DNA of 64,000 nucleotides from Octopus bimaculoides (taxonomy: Eukaryota), in assembly GCF_001194135.2 (NCBI RefSeq), contig NC_068999.1, forward strand, positions 12,330,929-12,394,928, in the 5' to 3' direction. Below the pieces are notes generated by a model. That model had not been told where the DNA came from. It saw only the letters and a list, made by a program, of their open reading frames with translations, and did no database searches. Shown one piece after another: positions 1 through 12,952 of this stretch (position 1 is its first letter; the number at the start of each line of letters is the position of its first letter). The translations under genes and the position numbers were made by a program.

Positions 1-92
1 AGAAGAAGAAGAAGAAGAAGAAGAAGAAGAAGAAGAAGAAGAAGAAGAAGAAGAAGAAGAAGAAGAAGAAGAAGAAGAAGAAGAAGAAGAAG

Positions 93-123
<31 letters not shown>
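1..123. repeat. Compound trinucleotide microsatellite (AAG)n then (AAC)n
   Basis: Perfect AAG array 1-93 switching directly to AAC units to about 123. Confidence 0.98.
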
Positions 124-124
<1 letters not shown>

Positions 125-478
125 AAAAATGCAGTCAAATTAATATAGGTAGATTACATTTCCTAAAATGTATGTAAATATGTAAACAAAAACGATGCAG
201 ATTTAGCATTTGTTTTGTGGTGTTTGGCGTCTTAATTCTACAACTAAATCAGTTTTCTTAATAGCTGGTGTTTCGTTTTAATTTTGATAAGTTTTATTGT
301 ATCGTCATTGCCTTTCTCGCGTTTGTTATTTTCTAAATTGTGTTTAGATGTTGGCATTGACGCCAAGTATGTACGTAGTATATATACACACATGTATACT
401 CACATCCTCACGTAAAACACGTATGCATGCACACATATTTGTACGCACACAAACACGTTGACTTATTCACACGCATAG

Positions 479-528
<50 letters not shown>

Positions 529-824
529 GGACATATACACGGAGTATCACACAAATGTGCACAGGCACACCTAAATTTGGTAATGCAGTAAAACATATCC
601 TTCGACTTCTTAGCCAAACACTGGGTTTGCGTGACCTGTAAACATTGCTTATGTCAAAAATGACGTTGGAAAAGAAAACATGGAGCAGCTGTACGTACAT
701 GACGGCTTTTCCTGCCATCAACGTCAGCAACTGATTATCCTCCTTAACTCTCCACGATGACACAGCTTATAAACTCAGATTACTGGGAGATTAATGAACT
801 TGATAAACCAAGTTGCAGCGGGTT

Positions 825-1400
825 CCATCCAGTCAACCATCACTCATCACCCATCATCTCCGCCTACTATTAACAAGATATTCCTGAGATAAGTGTCCAG
901 AGGCACCTCCTCCATAGGATCCTATCAGAAGCAACTATCGTTAGACTCTCCGACTGGATTCCCGAATGTATCTATTTGAGATTCTGGATAATATCTAGCC
1001 ATATCGTTTTGGTCTATTTCTAAGCCTCTTGCTGGTTGGCTCGTCTTCAAGAATCCGCCTTTCATATTAAATTTTAAGCACATGCCCGTTGTATCGACGC
1101 TTTGACTTTTCCCTGCAAAGAAGTAGCGCCTGAACCTAAGGTAACATTTTAACATGTGAGCTTGTTGAGTAATGTTACACTAGGAATCGTCCGTATGAAC
1201 CCCATCTACGCTGCCTGTAACGGTGAGCATATTCTTTCGATCATTACTAGACGTTACTTACCATCAGTAAAGATAAATATGAAAAGCAAACTTTACTTCT
1301 CCGATGATCGCTTTTTGGATCTGATGTATAATTGTGCCACCAACTCGAATTCTAGTGTCCAGTTCAACTTCCTGTGTTATGATGAATTTAAGCATTGTGT
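825..1400 (-). mobile_element. Decayed 3' end of an RTE-clade LINE (Rex3/Expander-like), RT C-terminal region plus tail
   Basis: Manual minus-strand translation across frameshifts and stops gives QEVELDTRIRVG..., ERICSPLQAA*MGFIRTIPSVTLLNK, ERRILEDEPTSKRLRNRPKR, WLDIIQNLK*IHSGIQSESLTIVASDRILWRRCL. These parallel the recalled RTE/Rex3 C-terminus (RIQAAEMSFLRR...RPRGRPRTRW.DY...EREVW). A degenerate (GATG)n-like tail follows. Confidence 0.8.
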
Positions 1401-2104
1401 CATGAATTGACGAAATGTTTACATTCATCACATTGATCACTATCGGTACTATAGACCTATCTTATAATATATTATAATAATAATAACACGATATATTGTC
1501 TATAGATAGTAATTTCATACATATCTGTTTATATGTGTATCGCTAAACATGAATTGGAAACTCTCTTTCATTGTAACCGAATCGCTGCATTATTTATATC
1601 TTTCTCTTTGTATGCAAAGAAGGTTAGGTTAAACTAACCTGCCATTGATTTTCAACCTGTCCGTTCAACTAATAACTCATATCTCACGCTGTGTTTCATT
1701 TGAAACTTCTATTTGTTGAACCTCTTCTCTCGTATCCCACACATCACTTCCCATATCGTTTATTCCCATATTTTATCATCTCTTCATCTCATTTACCAGC
1801 TGCAACATTAAACCTACTTATATATTTTTCAGTACCTTCTAAAAAAACAACGCATCGTTAGCATTCTTTCTCACTTCTCACGATAACAAAATCTACATCC
1901 GCTGACCTTTTCATTTCCTTATTTTTCTGAAGTTTTGTAATGAGATTCATGGATTTTGTCACAATCAGAAATTAAAAAAAAAAAAAAAAAAAAACATGAG
2001 TACTCTTCTGATTATTACAGTACCACAATAATATCTGCAATTATAATTATATAACATATACCACAATTACGTAAGCTTATGGGTGCGTGTGTATTCTTAA
2101 GAAT

Positions 2105-2115
2105 GAGAGAGATAG

Positions 2116-2195
<80 letters not shown>
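2105..2195. repeat. (GATA)n/(GA)n microsatellite
   Basis: Read directly from the sequence. Confidence 0.95.
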
Positions 2196-2199
<4 letters not shown>

Positions 2200-2603
2200 C
2201 TGACGTGTGTGTGTATGTGCGTGAGCGTGTGTTATTATTTGTGTGTATAGATTTTTATTCATACAGAAAAAGTTCTAGAAAATTGATACAACTAAGTCAG
2301 TGGACATGTTGATTATTGATTTTGAGATTTCCGGATAAATCCCTTACCGATTCATGTATATTATGCCTATATATGGCAAACCGTTATATTCAACACTAAA
2401 TATTTACAAAAAGCCAGGATGTGGGACCACGGATCTTTGAAAGGGATATGGCACCATTTCTTCTCAAAAACGAAGACACATAAAAGCACACACAAGGAAG
2501 CATCTATTACAAATTGTTATAATTATGTAACTCTTACCAGCAAGTCTTCTACGCTGCAAAATTGAATGACAGAATGATGCATAACTTAACGAACGAAACA
2601 GTA

Positions 2604-2710
2604 GTTCTATGATTAAGAGATGCGGAATTATGCACGTTATTTACATTATTTACATTCGACGGATATTTGTCCTCATCTTGTTTGTTCTCAACACAACGTT
2701 TCAGCTGATA
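2604..2710 (-). mobile_element. Truncated copy of the Penelope-like terminal repeat found at 23811-24125 (3' half of the hammerhead motif only)
   Basis: Reverse complement TCAGCTGAAACGTTGTGTTGAGAACAAACAAGATGAGGACAAATATCCGTCGAATGTAAATAATG...ATAATTCCGCATCTCTTAATCATAG aligns with 24029-24125. Confidence 0.8.
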
Positions 2711-2864
2711 AAGTAACATGTGTTTGGAGAGCAACGTTACCTGAAGTATCCCGTAAGTCCTGTATACTTGATCACTTCTCTCAAATGGAAGGTACAAAAG
2801 ATTTTGAAGATTCTTGAAAATAGACGAAAAGCGTGTGAATAATAATACATACATACAAACATAT

Positions 2865-2938
<74 letters not shown>

Positions 2939-3744
2939 ATACATATATACATACATACACACATACAAACGCACGCATATATACATAAATGCATATATAT
3001 ATATATTATCTTCTAGAAATTGCTATCATCCTTACCTCTGGGTTAGCCTTCTCTCCTATGTTTGCTTTTGCCGTTCTTTTACCAAGCTCGTATCCTGAAG
3101 TCAAAAATTGTTTTAGCGAAAAAAACAAAAGCAAAAGGAAAGAAGAAACAGTACATTTTAAATGTATGTTATTTGGTTGGAGGCTTACTAGATGTTCTGG
3201 ACATATATATAATGTGTAGGGAATTCTAAGGCAGCTCCATGATTTGAAATTCTTCTGGAAGCCATTTCCCTTAAGTCGTTTGTATGCTTCAACATTCTTG
3301 TATATATTTGAAACATAATCAGCTTTATTTCCAATTACAAAAATATTATGAACAGGGAGAGAGGAACTCCAATGATACCGAAAAAGATAACAAACACACG
3401 TAACTTTCTTTAAGATTTTCGAACGTTCGTGTTGAGACCCGTATTTGAATCACACCCAACATCATAGAGTGGAATACTAAATGGTCAGCGTCATTCAGTT
3501 TGTTCACTCGGCACATTATGATTAAATACCACCAGAGTTCATATTACATCGCCAGTTTTCATTGAAGAAGTACCAGGCATATACAGTGATTAATGAAATG
3601 AGTTGTACGTACGCCAGACATCATGTATTAATGTATAATATCTCTTATATCCAGAAAACATCATCAACAGGCTTAACATATTGTTTTCATATACAGAGAG
3701 GTTGCCAGTAATTCATTGACAGGAAGTTACTGGTGGTATTGGGT

Positions 3745-3910
3745 CTCCGACATCTAAATCCGAGGATTCAGTTGTTCGATCAACTGAATTGCCTGCTCTG
3801 TAATTAACGTGTAAGTGGCTGTGTATTCCACAGACACGTGCACCTTTAATGTAATTAGAGGCATAATGTACACTGCATTATATACGACAGGACTAAATCT
3901 TTGAAATACA
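3745..3910 (-). mobile_element. Highly degenerate SINE-C 3' domain
   Basis: CAGTTGTTCGATCAAC...AATTAACGTGTAAGTGGCTG...CCACAGACACGTG...TTTGAAATACAG matches the copies at 40250 and 49906. Confidence 0.65.
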
Positions 3911-4124
3911 GATGTAATCCACGAGACGGGCTGCTATTCCATTTTCATCTCCCGACATTTACTCATAAATTATGTTAATAAGAAGCAACATAAATTGTTA
4001 TCTAACCAAAATAGCCACGCAGCACAATGAAACCGAAAACCCCACGGACGCAAATTGAAATTACTAAACATTCGACTATATTATACGTACACAGCACAAA
4101 ACCAGCAATTACCAATTGAAAATG

Positions 4125-4317
4125 TTGGCACAGGACCAGCAATTTCAGGGGAGGGGTATGTCAATTACATCGACCCCAGTGCTCAACTGGTACTTGCTTT
4201 ATCGACTCTGTAACGATGAAAGGCAAAGTTGACCTCAGCGTAATTTGAACTTAGAATGCAAAATGTCGGGCGAAATGCCGCTAAGCCTTATCTTCGACGT
4301 GCTTACAACCTTGCTCG
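4125..4317 (-). mobile_element. SINE-A, degenerate tRNA-headed SINE
   Basis: TACATCGACCCCAGTGCTCAACTGGTACTT...GATGAAAGGCAAAGTTGACCTC...GAAATGCCGCTAAGC is the reverse complement of the body of the 35944 copy. Confidence 0.8.
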
Positions 4318-5005
4318 TAGTAAGTAATATTAACTCACATATATTGATATAGGCAGAATTCTAATCTGGAGGATTGGTGCACTGAAAGGAAAGGATTATT
4401 TTTACTAGCAGAGGACGCTAGATAGCGAGTAAATCATATTTTTCCTTATCTAACAGACGAGTTTGTATGATATTTCCACAAACAAATCCAGCAATGACAT
4501 TCTTATACAGACGCAACTAAAATCTAATATAGTTCTTTAGGTTCACAAAAAGAATACAGAAATTATTCCATTCTCGAATTATTCACGATAATAAATTTGA
4601 TAATAATATTTAATAATCATATTTCAAATGATTGTATACATTTTCTGTATTAATTTGTTTGCTTGTTTTTTTGTACTTTTGTCATTTTGAGATATATTAT
4701 TTATAAATCAAAGAAAAAAGAAAGACGTAAACAATCTCATTCTTAACAAACAAATCTGATATAGTTTTGACGTATGAAATAAAATAATCACAGAAGTAGG
4801 TGGAAGGAAAAAGTTTTATAATAATTTTAATAGAAACAGCAATAACATACAAAAACTAAGAAATAATAGTAACAGCTCCAAAACAAAAGGAAATTTGGAG
4901 TTGTGATAAGTCCTTTGTCATCCACATTCTGTGTTCAAGTCTCATAGTAGTCGACGGAGAATTTAGATACATCTCAGAGAAACTACACACACACACACAC
5001 TCACA

Positions 5006-5043
<38 letters not shown>

Positions 5044-7409
5044 TGTATGTACGTGTATATCTATATATTCTTAAATATGTACATATATGCATACACACTT
5101 AAATATTCTTTTATTCTTTTATTCTTGCATAGTAGCAATTAAAGAAGCATGCAGCTTCTATAGTATGATACTTCTTAATTCAAAAGGCGATTGCAGTTCT
5201 TGTATTGCAGTATCCTCAGTCTTTCTATGATTATTCAAGCAGTTTTGGGGGTGATTTTAGGAATTTTGTTTTCACTGTTAGTTTTGATCAGAATTATTGA
5301 GTGTGCTTTCTATTATCCCTATGTAGCAGACGAATGTGTAGTCGCAGAATATATCTATTCTGTATTTTCAAGATCTATACTTTCAGGAGACACGGTAAAA
5401 TTCAAGTCTTATTTCCATAAAAGCACCGAGGATTTACTAATTCACGCAATATACAATCTAATTTGTTCCCCCCCCCCCAAAAAAAAAAAAAAACGTGTGT
5501 GAAATAGTAACTAGTATTCTTCATTTGGAAAGAGAAAAAATAAGTTGTGATTGGGTAATTCTAGCTGAAACATTAGAAAGAATAGACTTAGCTGAGCATC
5601 ATTTTGTTGAGAGGTCTGTGCAGTCAAAGCTAATCTAAATTGAAAGAACGAGCTTATTACTCCCAACACGCCATTACGTATATTATCAGACCAAGTCAAA
5701 AAAGGATTTGGAAGTAATTTTAATGATTTTTGTCTCCCGTGCACATTAGAGAAATTCAAGATACGATTAGACTACAGCCGATCATAGATCTGTTAACCCG
5801 GCTGAGTTAAATCCACCTAATAATGGCAGCCGTAGTAGCAGCAACAACAACGACAACAATGTGCTCACTGCTACCAATGCCAGTACAATATATGGTCCCT
5901 TTCATCTGTGAGTCACCTTGTTAGAAATATATCGCACCCCTCCGGGAAATACACAGTGATTAGTATAGTTTTGCTGGATATACTATGTCTGAGAATAACA
6001 TTCACTTAGTATTGTCACGGTTGGAACTGATTTCACCTTATTCTCAGCTCGGTCTGGAATGACATGACTCTATATGCTATAAATACCACCAATTACAACA
6101 ACACGAACATTTCGACATGATTTGTGGAGCTGTTAGAAATAATATATAAAACTTCTAGTAAGCACACTCTATATTTCAAATAAGGGTAAAATGAATTCTC
6201 AGCTTCATGATATATAAAGAAATGGACGTCTGAGGCTGGGACACTTTATATCTAGGGTATTCTCGATCAATAGCAAGATAAAAACAAATTGATCCTCCTT
6301 CTCATCGTCATCATTATCAGCATCATTATCACCATCAGCATCGTCATCTACAAAAATCATACTTCTTAAAAGTTGACTCGCCTTAATTATGTCATATGCT
6401 GACAGTCTCTGTATACTAATGCTGTATTTTCCAAGATGGAGTTGCGTAAAGTAAATCGTAATACTCACAGAGAACAGCGGTATTCAAAACGGTGGCTTAC
6501 GTATTTATACTTAATACTTACCGGTATATTATAATGGGAATATGGCAATCTCTGCTGTTTCCTCACGAGAGAACAGCTTCTTTGCAGAGAAAACGTGTCC
6601 ATAACACGCTCAATTCATTAATAAATGTTAGTTACTCTTTACGTACTTTTCACTAGCAGTCCATGGCAAATTACTTATGCTGAAGTAGCAGCTAATATAT
6701 TTTGTCTCTGGGATAGTAGAACAGTGTTTGTGCCAAACATTTTGATTTATCGCTCTTCCAGATATATTGCTGTCGAAATAATTTTGAAATACAAAGAAAC
6801 ATTTAATCTTGATCAACGTCACGATTTTACTAAATTATCAAATGTAATTACAGACACATAGCCAAGCTACAGAAATCACACGACTATGTAACTATTGAGA
6901 AAGTATTTTATTGTTTTTTTTTTATTGTTATTGTAGTTTAGTACACAATTCGTAGGCTGGAAGACAAATGCAAATCGTTAAATAGGAAATGGACAAGCTC
7001 TGCAATATCAACATTTGAACAAATTGTTCTTATTTATCAGATTTTTTTTTAATGCAATACATTTGATTTTTCTATTTATTTCATGAGAGAGGTTTTTCTC
7101 TTTGCCTTTTTTCTTCGTTGTTGTTCAGGGTGTTTTTTACAGTCAGCTCCTTGCAAATCCGTCAAACCTCTTTGATACATTTTTCTTTGAACAGGCAACC
7201 ATTTTCAACGTAAATCGATAAGTATTCATTGCGCAGCCAACATCTTCCACTTCATTAGCCCCAATTCAAAAGCTCTTTTACAACTGTCATAGTTTGGAGA
7301 CTATAAGAAATGCCAAAAGAATCTTCTAGAATCAACAACACGAACAAAAACTACAAAATGAAAGAATTACGTGCACAAATAAATGAAAACGAGGCAGGAA
7401 AGAGCGAGA

Positions 7410-7493
7410 GAGAAAGCGAGAAAGAACGGCTGAGAGATAGAGAGAGAGGGGAGAAAGAGAGAGAGAGAGAGATAGAGAGAGAGGGGAGAAAGA

Positions 7494-7589
<96 letters not shown>

Positions 7590-7600
7590 AATAGAGAGGA
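7410..7600. repeat. (GA)n microsatellite
   Basis: Read directly from the sequence. Confidence 0.95.
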
Positions 7601-8649
7601 GTGAAAACAAAACAAGTAGGAAAAGCTATGAATACCTTATTAATTGAAAATTATAGAAAACTGCATGCAACATTATCGAAGTGCTGATTATGCTTCAGGG
7701 AAATACAGTTATAATGTAGAAATTCAATGTTGTTTGTTAAGATGATTTTGTTTAGCCATGCTGTGTTTGTTTAACTTCATTGTGTTGATTAGACATATGA
7801 TCACGGGCGTTCCATGCATGACAATCCTGTCTATATATTTAGAACATTGCTTAATGAGTTCTTCCTTTTTTTAAAAAAAAGACCACGGATGTGATAGACT
7901 GAATCTAGAGTCATTTTAAACAGATGTAGCAGAACAGTTATAAGTAAATATTTGAAGGGGAAAATACAAAATAGCTCTGAATATCAGGGAATTTGGAGAA
8001 TGTGTAAATTCAGTTTTTATTCTGATTGAATTCCATTTTTTTTGTCATTTTATAATTAGCTATCGGACCTCAGGTGTTACTATTTTAGCCTTTGTATAAC
8101 TAGAGCTAAACTTATAAACTAGACAGGTAAGATAACAAAATTTTCTTCATTTTGATCATACTGCGGTTGGTCGTGTTTCTGCTTAGCCGCTGCAGAATAT
8201 TTCTGATTAAATGAATATTATTGCCTTAACAGTCAATTTGTTTGTGCGGATCTAGAAATAACAATGTTCAATATTTACTTAATTCTATAGGTAGTGCGGA
8301 ATAATTTAAGAGATATCTATACTTCCAAATACCTAATATGTTACTTAGTTGGGCGCGTTTACCAATAGCAGCTGGGCCTACATTTGAAATAATAATTTCT
8401 GTCTTAATATACTGAATATTTTTATTGTTGGGGATGCTTTCAAATCGATAAGGTATATATTGCCTTCACTCTTGATAGTTCCTGAGATAAACTCCACTAC
8501 AGAGTTGTAACTATGTCTCTATATCACGAATACAATTTGTTTTATCATAAATGTTTGGCTGGAATAGCGATAGGATTCCTTTAGGAATTTTGATTGTATT
8601 TCACTAATATCTCATAGATGAAAGGTATATTTCTCAATATATACATTCT

Positions 8650-9330
8650 GGACATTTTCGATGGCTTCTCTGTGATTTTCCTGATGTCTCAACGTACCGC
8701 TGGCTATGGAGAAATGTATCAGAACACGAATAAGAATGAATCCATCTCTTCTTTCGAAATAATAAGCATGACTTTCTTCGTCGATTGCTAACTCTTAAAG
8801 TTCTTAGATCTTCCTGAATATGAGTGAGACATCTACAGCTACGTCCACATTTCATGTTCTAGCACCAGATCGGATAAACGTGCCTTGATTGGGTTCAAAC
8901 GCCTTCAGAATATCAATGTAGACTTCCCCTATTTTCTGCTTCAAATAGTATGTAACCAGCTGAGACATCTACCCTGCACACATTTTAGTTAGCATCATCT
9001 TCTATTATCTACCGTAAAATATTCTGATCACAGAGGAGTTGTGCAGCACATTCACAAACTGCGACTCGTTTGTTCGTGTGGATCAGTTGGTCTAATCGCT
9101 CGTGATTAGTGTCAATGGCTGCTTTAAATATTCTCCCACATTTTTCGATTGGCCTTGACTGCATACGTCATCTTCAAAACATTTCATCACTCTGTTTACA
9201 CTGCATTTGTCACTGACTTTTTCTCTGCAAACACACTGTAGTCTTCCGTATATATCAGATAGCCGGAAGTGCCCCCATTACCAAATGCATCACAAATACG
9301 ATGAATGTTTGTTGCTTCGACTTAAAAACC
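8650..9330 (-). mobile_element. Heavily decayed mariner transposase remnant
   Basis: Minus-strand fragments EDD..., RVAVCECAAQL, VCAG*MSQLVTYYLKQKIGEVYIDILKAFEPNQGTFI and KKVMLII parallel the mariner HTH, the VCAxWVP linker and the KKVMLxxF block. Confidence 0.6.
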
Positions 9331-10066
9331 CATTATTTGTGTGACTGAAGAACAACAAGAGTTACTTTGAAGAAAGAACTTCTATACCAAACTTGACAAT
9401 CAAAAACCCCTAATATGAATTAATAATAAAATGTCAAGCATATTCTTGTATTTCTTACTGAAAAGATTATGGCAGTATAGTATTCTCGCTTTAGAAATAA
9501 TAGTCAGACTTCAACTTCCTCAAAAACAACTCTCACATATTAAATAAAAGAGGAACTGGGCAGCCGTCGTTGTCATGACTAGAAAGCCAGTGTTCATATA
9601 TATATATATATATCTACTGAATATGAATTTATCTGGACATAAAACAAGATTAACCATAACAACCTATGAATTTCATAGAGTTAGAGCTTTTCTGAGATGA
9701 AAAACTGGAGTATAAGTTCTTCCCTAGAAGTAGAAAGGACCAACTCGACAACTTACAAAGTCGAGAATAAATACAGAAGGGAAATATATTGAGCGTGCTG
9801 TCAAAGTCTTACGCTTACAACAAAGAAAATGTATATATTCAATGGCGATCAACCGTCTGACACATAATAAAGACGGTAGAATGATGAGAGGTTCTCTGTC
9901 AAATATAGTTGTCTATATTCATGAGACATAAGAACGCAATGGAATATAATCATTATTTAGAAGAACAAGCATGTTACTTCATTAGGATTCGAATACAGCA
10001 ACAAAAACAACACGTCAACTTTTCCTGTTATTATAGCGTATATTGTAACACTTACAAGGACTGCAC

Positions 10067-10118
<52 letters not shown>

Positions 10119-11252
10119 TAGAGAAAGAGAAAGAGAAATACAGAGATTGACAGATTACTCAAACATATATGATAAGAAATATACGTTGGTAAATAACCTA
10201 ATTACGGGTCAAATGTTACCTGCTACTCTCCGTTCAGATGCTATTCAGCCATTTCATATAAGGCAGCTAACGATTACATGAAAAATTATTAACTTTTCGG
10301 CACAAGTTTATATTTTCTTTTAAACTAGTCTTTATTTGATTTCTTTACAACATTTATTTCCCAATGGTTCTTTATATGTTATTATGAGATCAAGATTTAT
10401 CAGACATTTTTTTTTGTTTTTATTTTTGTAGAGTCCCTTAGCAAAATAATATTAACCATGCAAGCGCCTCTTTATGATCTGTACATGAGTTTGGTAGTGC
10501 GCATGTACGAATGAATTTTTCCAATAGAGAAAACCGGTAAGTCTTCAACAAGACTCAGTATTTGACCTGTAACTTATTAATTTCATCAGTGTATCTTCCT
10601 GACCATTAACAGTGAGTTCTGAATATAAGGATATGATAATATAAATCATATCTTAACATCTCCGCAGTTATTATTGAAGGTCAGCTGTTGAAACTATTGA
10701 TACGTAAATCTAATTTATCATTTGCCAAACGATCCTCTCTGTGTAAATTCATATATATTCGTTTTAAACTTGACTGAAGTATCAAAATCAATGGCTACAC
10801 TGACAATGGCGAGAAAACCAACAATAAATATTTTCAGATCAAAGCGTTCACAGGTTTCAGTTGCCAGTTTGACCCGATATCAATTATATGTCTGTAAGAA
10901 CGAAATCTGTACTATATCGCCTTGAATATATTTGCATTACAACGACACATTAGTCAATATTAACAAAGAAGAACTTAAATGAAACACAAACTGCATTTCA
11001 TCAAAAGTGATATTACAGACAAGGTTATTAATTAGTATATAAATTGTCGACTTGAAAGCTGCTTCCGGACATTGTCGCTATAATAGCAGAGTATTAGGGA
11101 CGAATCACAGAGATATAAACCACAATTTTTTGTAATGCATCTAAAGTACTATAAGTGAAGAAGGAAAAGGTGAAGCAACATATAAATACTCTGTCAGTAG
11201 TCACTGTGATTAATTCACCAGGAAATACCTTTTAAACCTACACGCCATTAAT

Positions 11253-11255
<3 letters not shown>

Positions 11256-11333
<78 letters not shown>

Positions 11334-11340
11334 GTAGTAA
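11256..11340. repeat. (TAG)n microsatellite
   Basis: Read directly from the sequence. Confidence 0.95.
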
Positions 11341-12563
11341 GGTAATAAGAATAAAATACCAATAACAGCAGCATCAGTAATAAGAGCAACAACACCAGTG
11401 GCAAAAACAACAATAATAATAATGAACACATGAACAAAATATGAATAGAATATGAATACTTTTACTTCAGGGATCATCTTTGACTTAAGATTCATTTCTT
11501 GAATTCTGGTAAGTAGGCCAACAAAACTACGAAAACCATATAACACAATGCGAGCAAATTTACGCAGCAAAAATATTTGTACAAAATTATACATTAACTA
11601 ATGTTTGCTGTCTTCAATTATTGATTCAGAAGTCGATCCTGTTGGTTTCGATGAATAAGCTATACAATTTCAAACATTAACGCTCTTAGAAAGCCAATGC
11701 TAATATTTGGAAGTGTTGTAAAAATATATCTTCTGTAAAGTAAACTGGAAATTCTAATATACATTTAACGCGTGCATCATGAATTATGCATAAAACATGA
11801 ATACACTGTGTGAGAATATGCATACATGGATGCATACATATGTATATAGATATATGTGTACATATATATGTATGTATATATATATATATATNNNNNNNNN
11901 NNNNNNNNNNNNNNNNNNNNNNNNNNNNNNNNNNNNNNNNNNNNNNNNNNNNNNNNNNNNNNNNNNNNNNNNNNNNNNNNNNNNNNNNNNNNNNNNNNNN
12001 NNNNNNNNNNNNNNNNNNNNNNNNNNNNNNNNNNNNNNNNNNNNNNNNNNNNNNNNNNNNNNNNNNNNNNNNNNNNNNNNNNNNNNNNNNNNNNNNNNNN
12101 NNNNNNNNNNNNNNNNNNNNNNNNNNNNNNNNNNNNNNNNNNNNNNNNNNNNNNNNNNNNNNNNNNNNNNNNNNNNNNNNNNNNNNNNNNNNNNNNNNNN
12201 NNNNNNNNNNNNNNNNNNNNNNNNNNNNNNNNNNNNNNNNNNNNNNNNNNNNNNNNNNNNNNNNNNNNNNNNNNNNNNNNNNNNNNNNNNNNNNNNNNNN
12301 NNNNNNNNNNNNNNNNNNNNNNNNNNNNNNNNNNNNNNNNNNNNNNNNNNNNNNNNNNNNNNNNNNNNNNNNNNNNNNNNNNNNNNNNNNNNNNNNNNNN
12401 NNNNNNNNNNNNNNNNNNNNNNNNNNNNNNNNNNNNNNNNNNNNNNNNNNNNNNNNNNNNNNNNNNNNNNNNNNNNNNNNNNNNNNNNNNNNNNNNNNNN
12501 NNNNNNNNNNNNNNNTATATATTGATATATATTTATTTATTTATTTATTTATATTTATATTCA

Positions 12564-12952
12564 GGGCATTTCTACACGTAAATGCCTCACGCTATGAGGG
12601 AATCTTAAAGTCAAATCTACCATGATAAATACAGTGTACCGAACGCGGAGGAATACAACTCTTGAAGCGAACGATTAATAGCAGATTCAGCCGAAAATCA
12701 TATGATTTCATAACTACTGCAGAAAATGCATTTGTTAATCGTCAGTCCAGGTAAAACCAAGACACATAAAAATGAACAAAAAAATCAACATACCAAACGA
12801 ACACCAAATGTATCCAGCATATTACATAGAGACGTTCAATTTTAAGAGTTCGTGTTAAGAGTTGCATCCCCTCACGTTCGATACACTGTAATTATTATGG
12901 TAGTTTTGACTTGTGTCCACATAGCGTGAGGCATTTACGTGTAGTAATGCCC
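12564..12952. mobile_element. MITE, probably PIF/Harbinger (Tourist-like), 389 bp with about 110-bp imperfect TIRs
   Basis: GGGCATTTCTACACGTAAATGCCTCACGCTATG (12564) is the reverse complement of CATAGCGTGAGGCATTTACGTGTAGTAATGCCC (12920-12952) with 1 mismatch. Inverted similarity continues to about 12672/12848. Flanks are TCA and TTA, consistent with a 3-bp TWA TSD carrying one change. Confidence 0.8.

Noticed and set aside
5771-5910. Asn/Ser-rich open frame ending at a GTGAGT donor
   Set aside because: No polypyrimidine acceptor, and the open frame is explained by an AAC/AGC low-complexity tract.
11471-11508. 38-nt segment with a strong acceptor and a GTAAGT donor on the plus strand
   Set aside because: Stops in all three frames and no partner exon; plausible by chance.
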